In this document: in pieces, positions 63,656 to 64,000 of the stretch
How the letters are laid out: every line of letters starts with the position of its first letter
How positions within the stretch are numbered: position 1 is the first letter of the stretch
Assembly: GCA_041661645.1 (NCBI GenBank)
Contig: JBAZUA010000002.1
Coordinates: 97,944-161,943, forward strand
Origin: Minisyncoccota bacterium
Lineage (GTDB): Bacteria > Patescibacteriota > Minisyncoccia > Phycocordibacterales > UBA6065
DNA length: 64,000 bases
Direction of reading: 5' to 3'
Notes under the pieces: model-generated
What the model saw: the letters and a program-made list of their open reading frames with translations, nothing else
Databases searched by the model: none
What the model was told of the DNA's origin: nothing
Made by a program: the position numbers and the translations under genes

Positions 63656-64000
63656 ATGCTCAAGAATATTTGGAACAAGCCCCTCGATCATACCAACTTC
63701 TCGCGCGAGAAGCTCAAGAACGATGCCCGCAGGCGCATGGCAACCATAAACAGCGAGTTCCGTCACACCTTCAAGTTCCTTCTGAGTTATCCCCGTTCGG
63801 TAACCGTCTTCGGATCGGCAAGGTTCACCGAGGACCATCCGTGCTATGAGAGGGCCCGCGCTTTGGCGTCCCGCATATCGAAGGAGACGGGCTACGCCAT
63901 CGTATCTGGCGGCGGCGGGGGAATCATGGAGGCCGCCAATCGCGGCGCCTTCGAGGCCGGCGGCAAGTCTATCGGCATGAACATCATCCTCCCTCACGAG
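63656..64000 (+). CDS. LOG family protein (TIGR00730; cytokinin riboside 5'-monophosphate phosphoribohydrolase-like), 5' part; continues past the window end
   Basis: VFGSARF...AIVSGGGGGIMEAANRGAFEAGGKSIGMNIILPHE match LOG motifs (GGxGxMEA...GG.SIG). Confidence 0.7.
   Translation, partial: MLKNIWNKPLDHTNFSREKLKNDARRRMATINSEFRHTFKFLLSYPRSVTVFGSARFTEDHPCYERARALASRISKETGYAIVSGGGGGIMEAANRGAFEAGGKSIGMNIILPHE

Overview
The window is a 64 kb stretch of a high-GC bacterial chromosome (about 60% GC) with dense, mostly plus-strand coding. It holds core housekeeping genes. Central metabolism: pyrD, a D-2-hydroxyacid dehydrogenase, gpmA-like, a minimal pyruvate kinase, class II fba, and a PfkB kinase. 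Translation and RNA processing: secG, rplY, rpmE, prfA, rpsB, tsf, pheS, pheT, thrS, rpmF, a nusB-NUDIX fusion, rnc, rnhB, rnr, rpsP, a KH protein and trmD. Replication and transcription: gyrB, dnaE, and the block rpoB-rpoC-dnaG-rpoD. Also present are a compact SMC, envelope genes (pgsA, uppP, PAP2, DsbB/BdbC-like, LemA plus TPM, and a lysozyme-like hydrolase), two tRNAs (Ser-GGA and Thr-UGU), three paralogous type IV prepilin-like genes (one fused to a LamG-like domain), and many small hypothetical genes in lower-GC pockets. Many proteins are shorter than their textbook homologues: PheS, PheT, ThrRS, EF-Ts, SMC, Pyk, and the RNA polymerase subunits. Together with the abundant pilin-like genes this suggests a streamlined, possibly Patescibacteria/CPR-like lineage; that is inference, not proof. 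I found no CRISPR array, transposase, integrase or recognisable defence system. The most notable non-coding signals are a three-copy palindromic repeat family with compensatory stem changes, an unclassified structured-RNA locus of about 420 nt bracketed by a consensus-like promoter and an intrinsic terminator, a family of shared hairpin terminators, a direct-repeat-flanked low-GC gene between thrS and dnaE, and a long structured leader upstream of rpoB. Long antisense ORFs in the six-frame track are GC-driven ghosts and were rejected.
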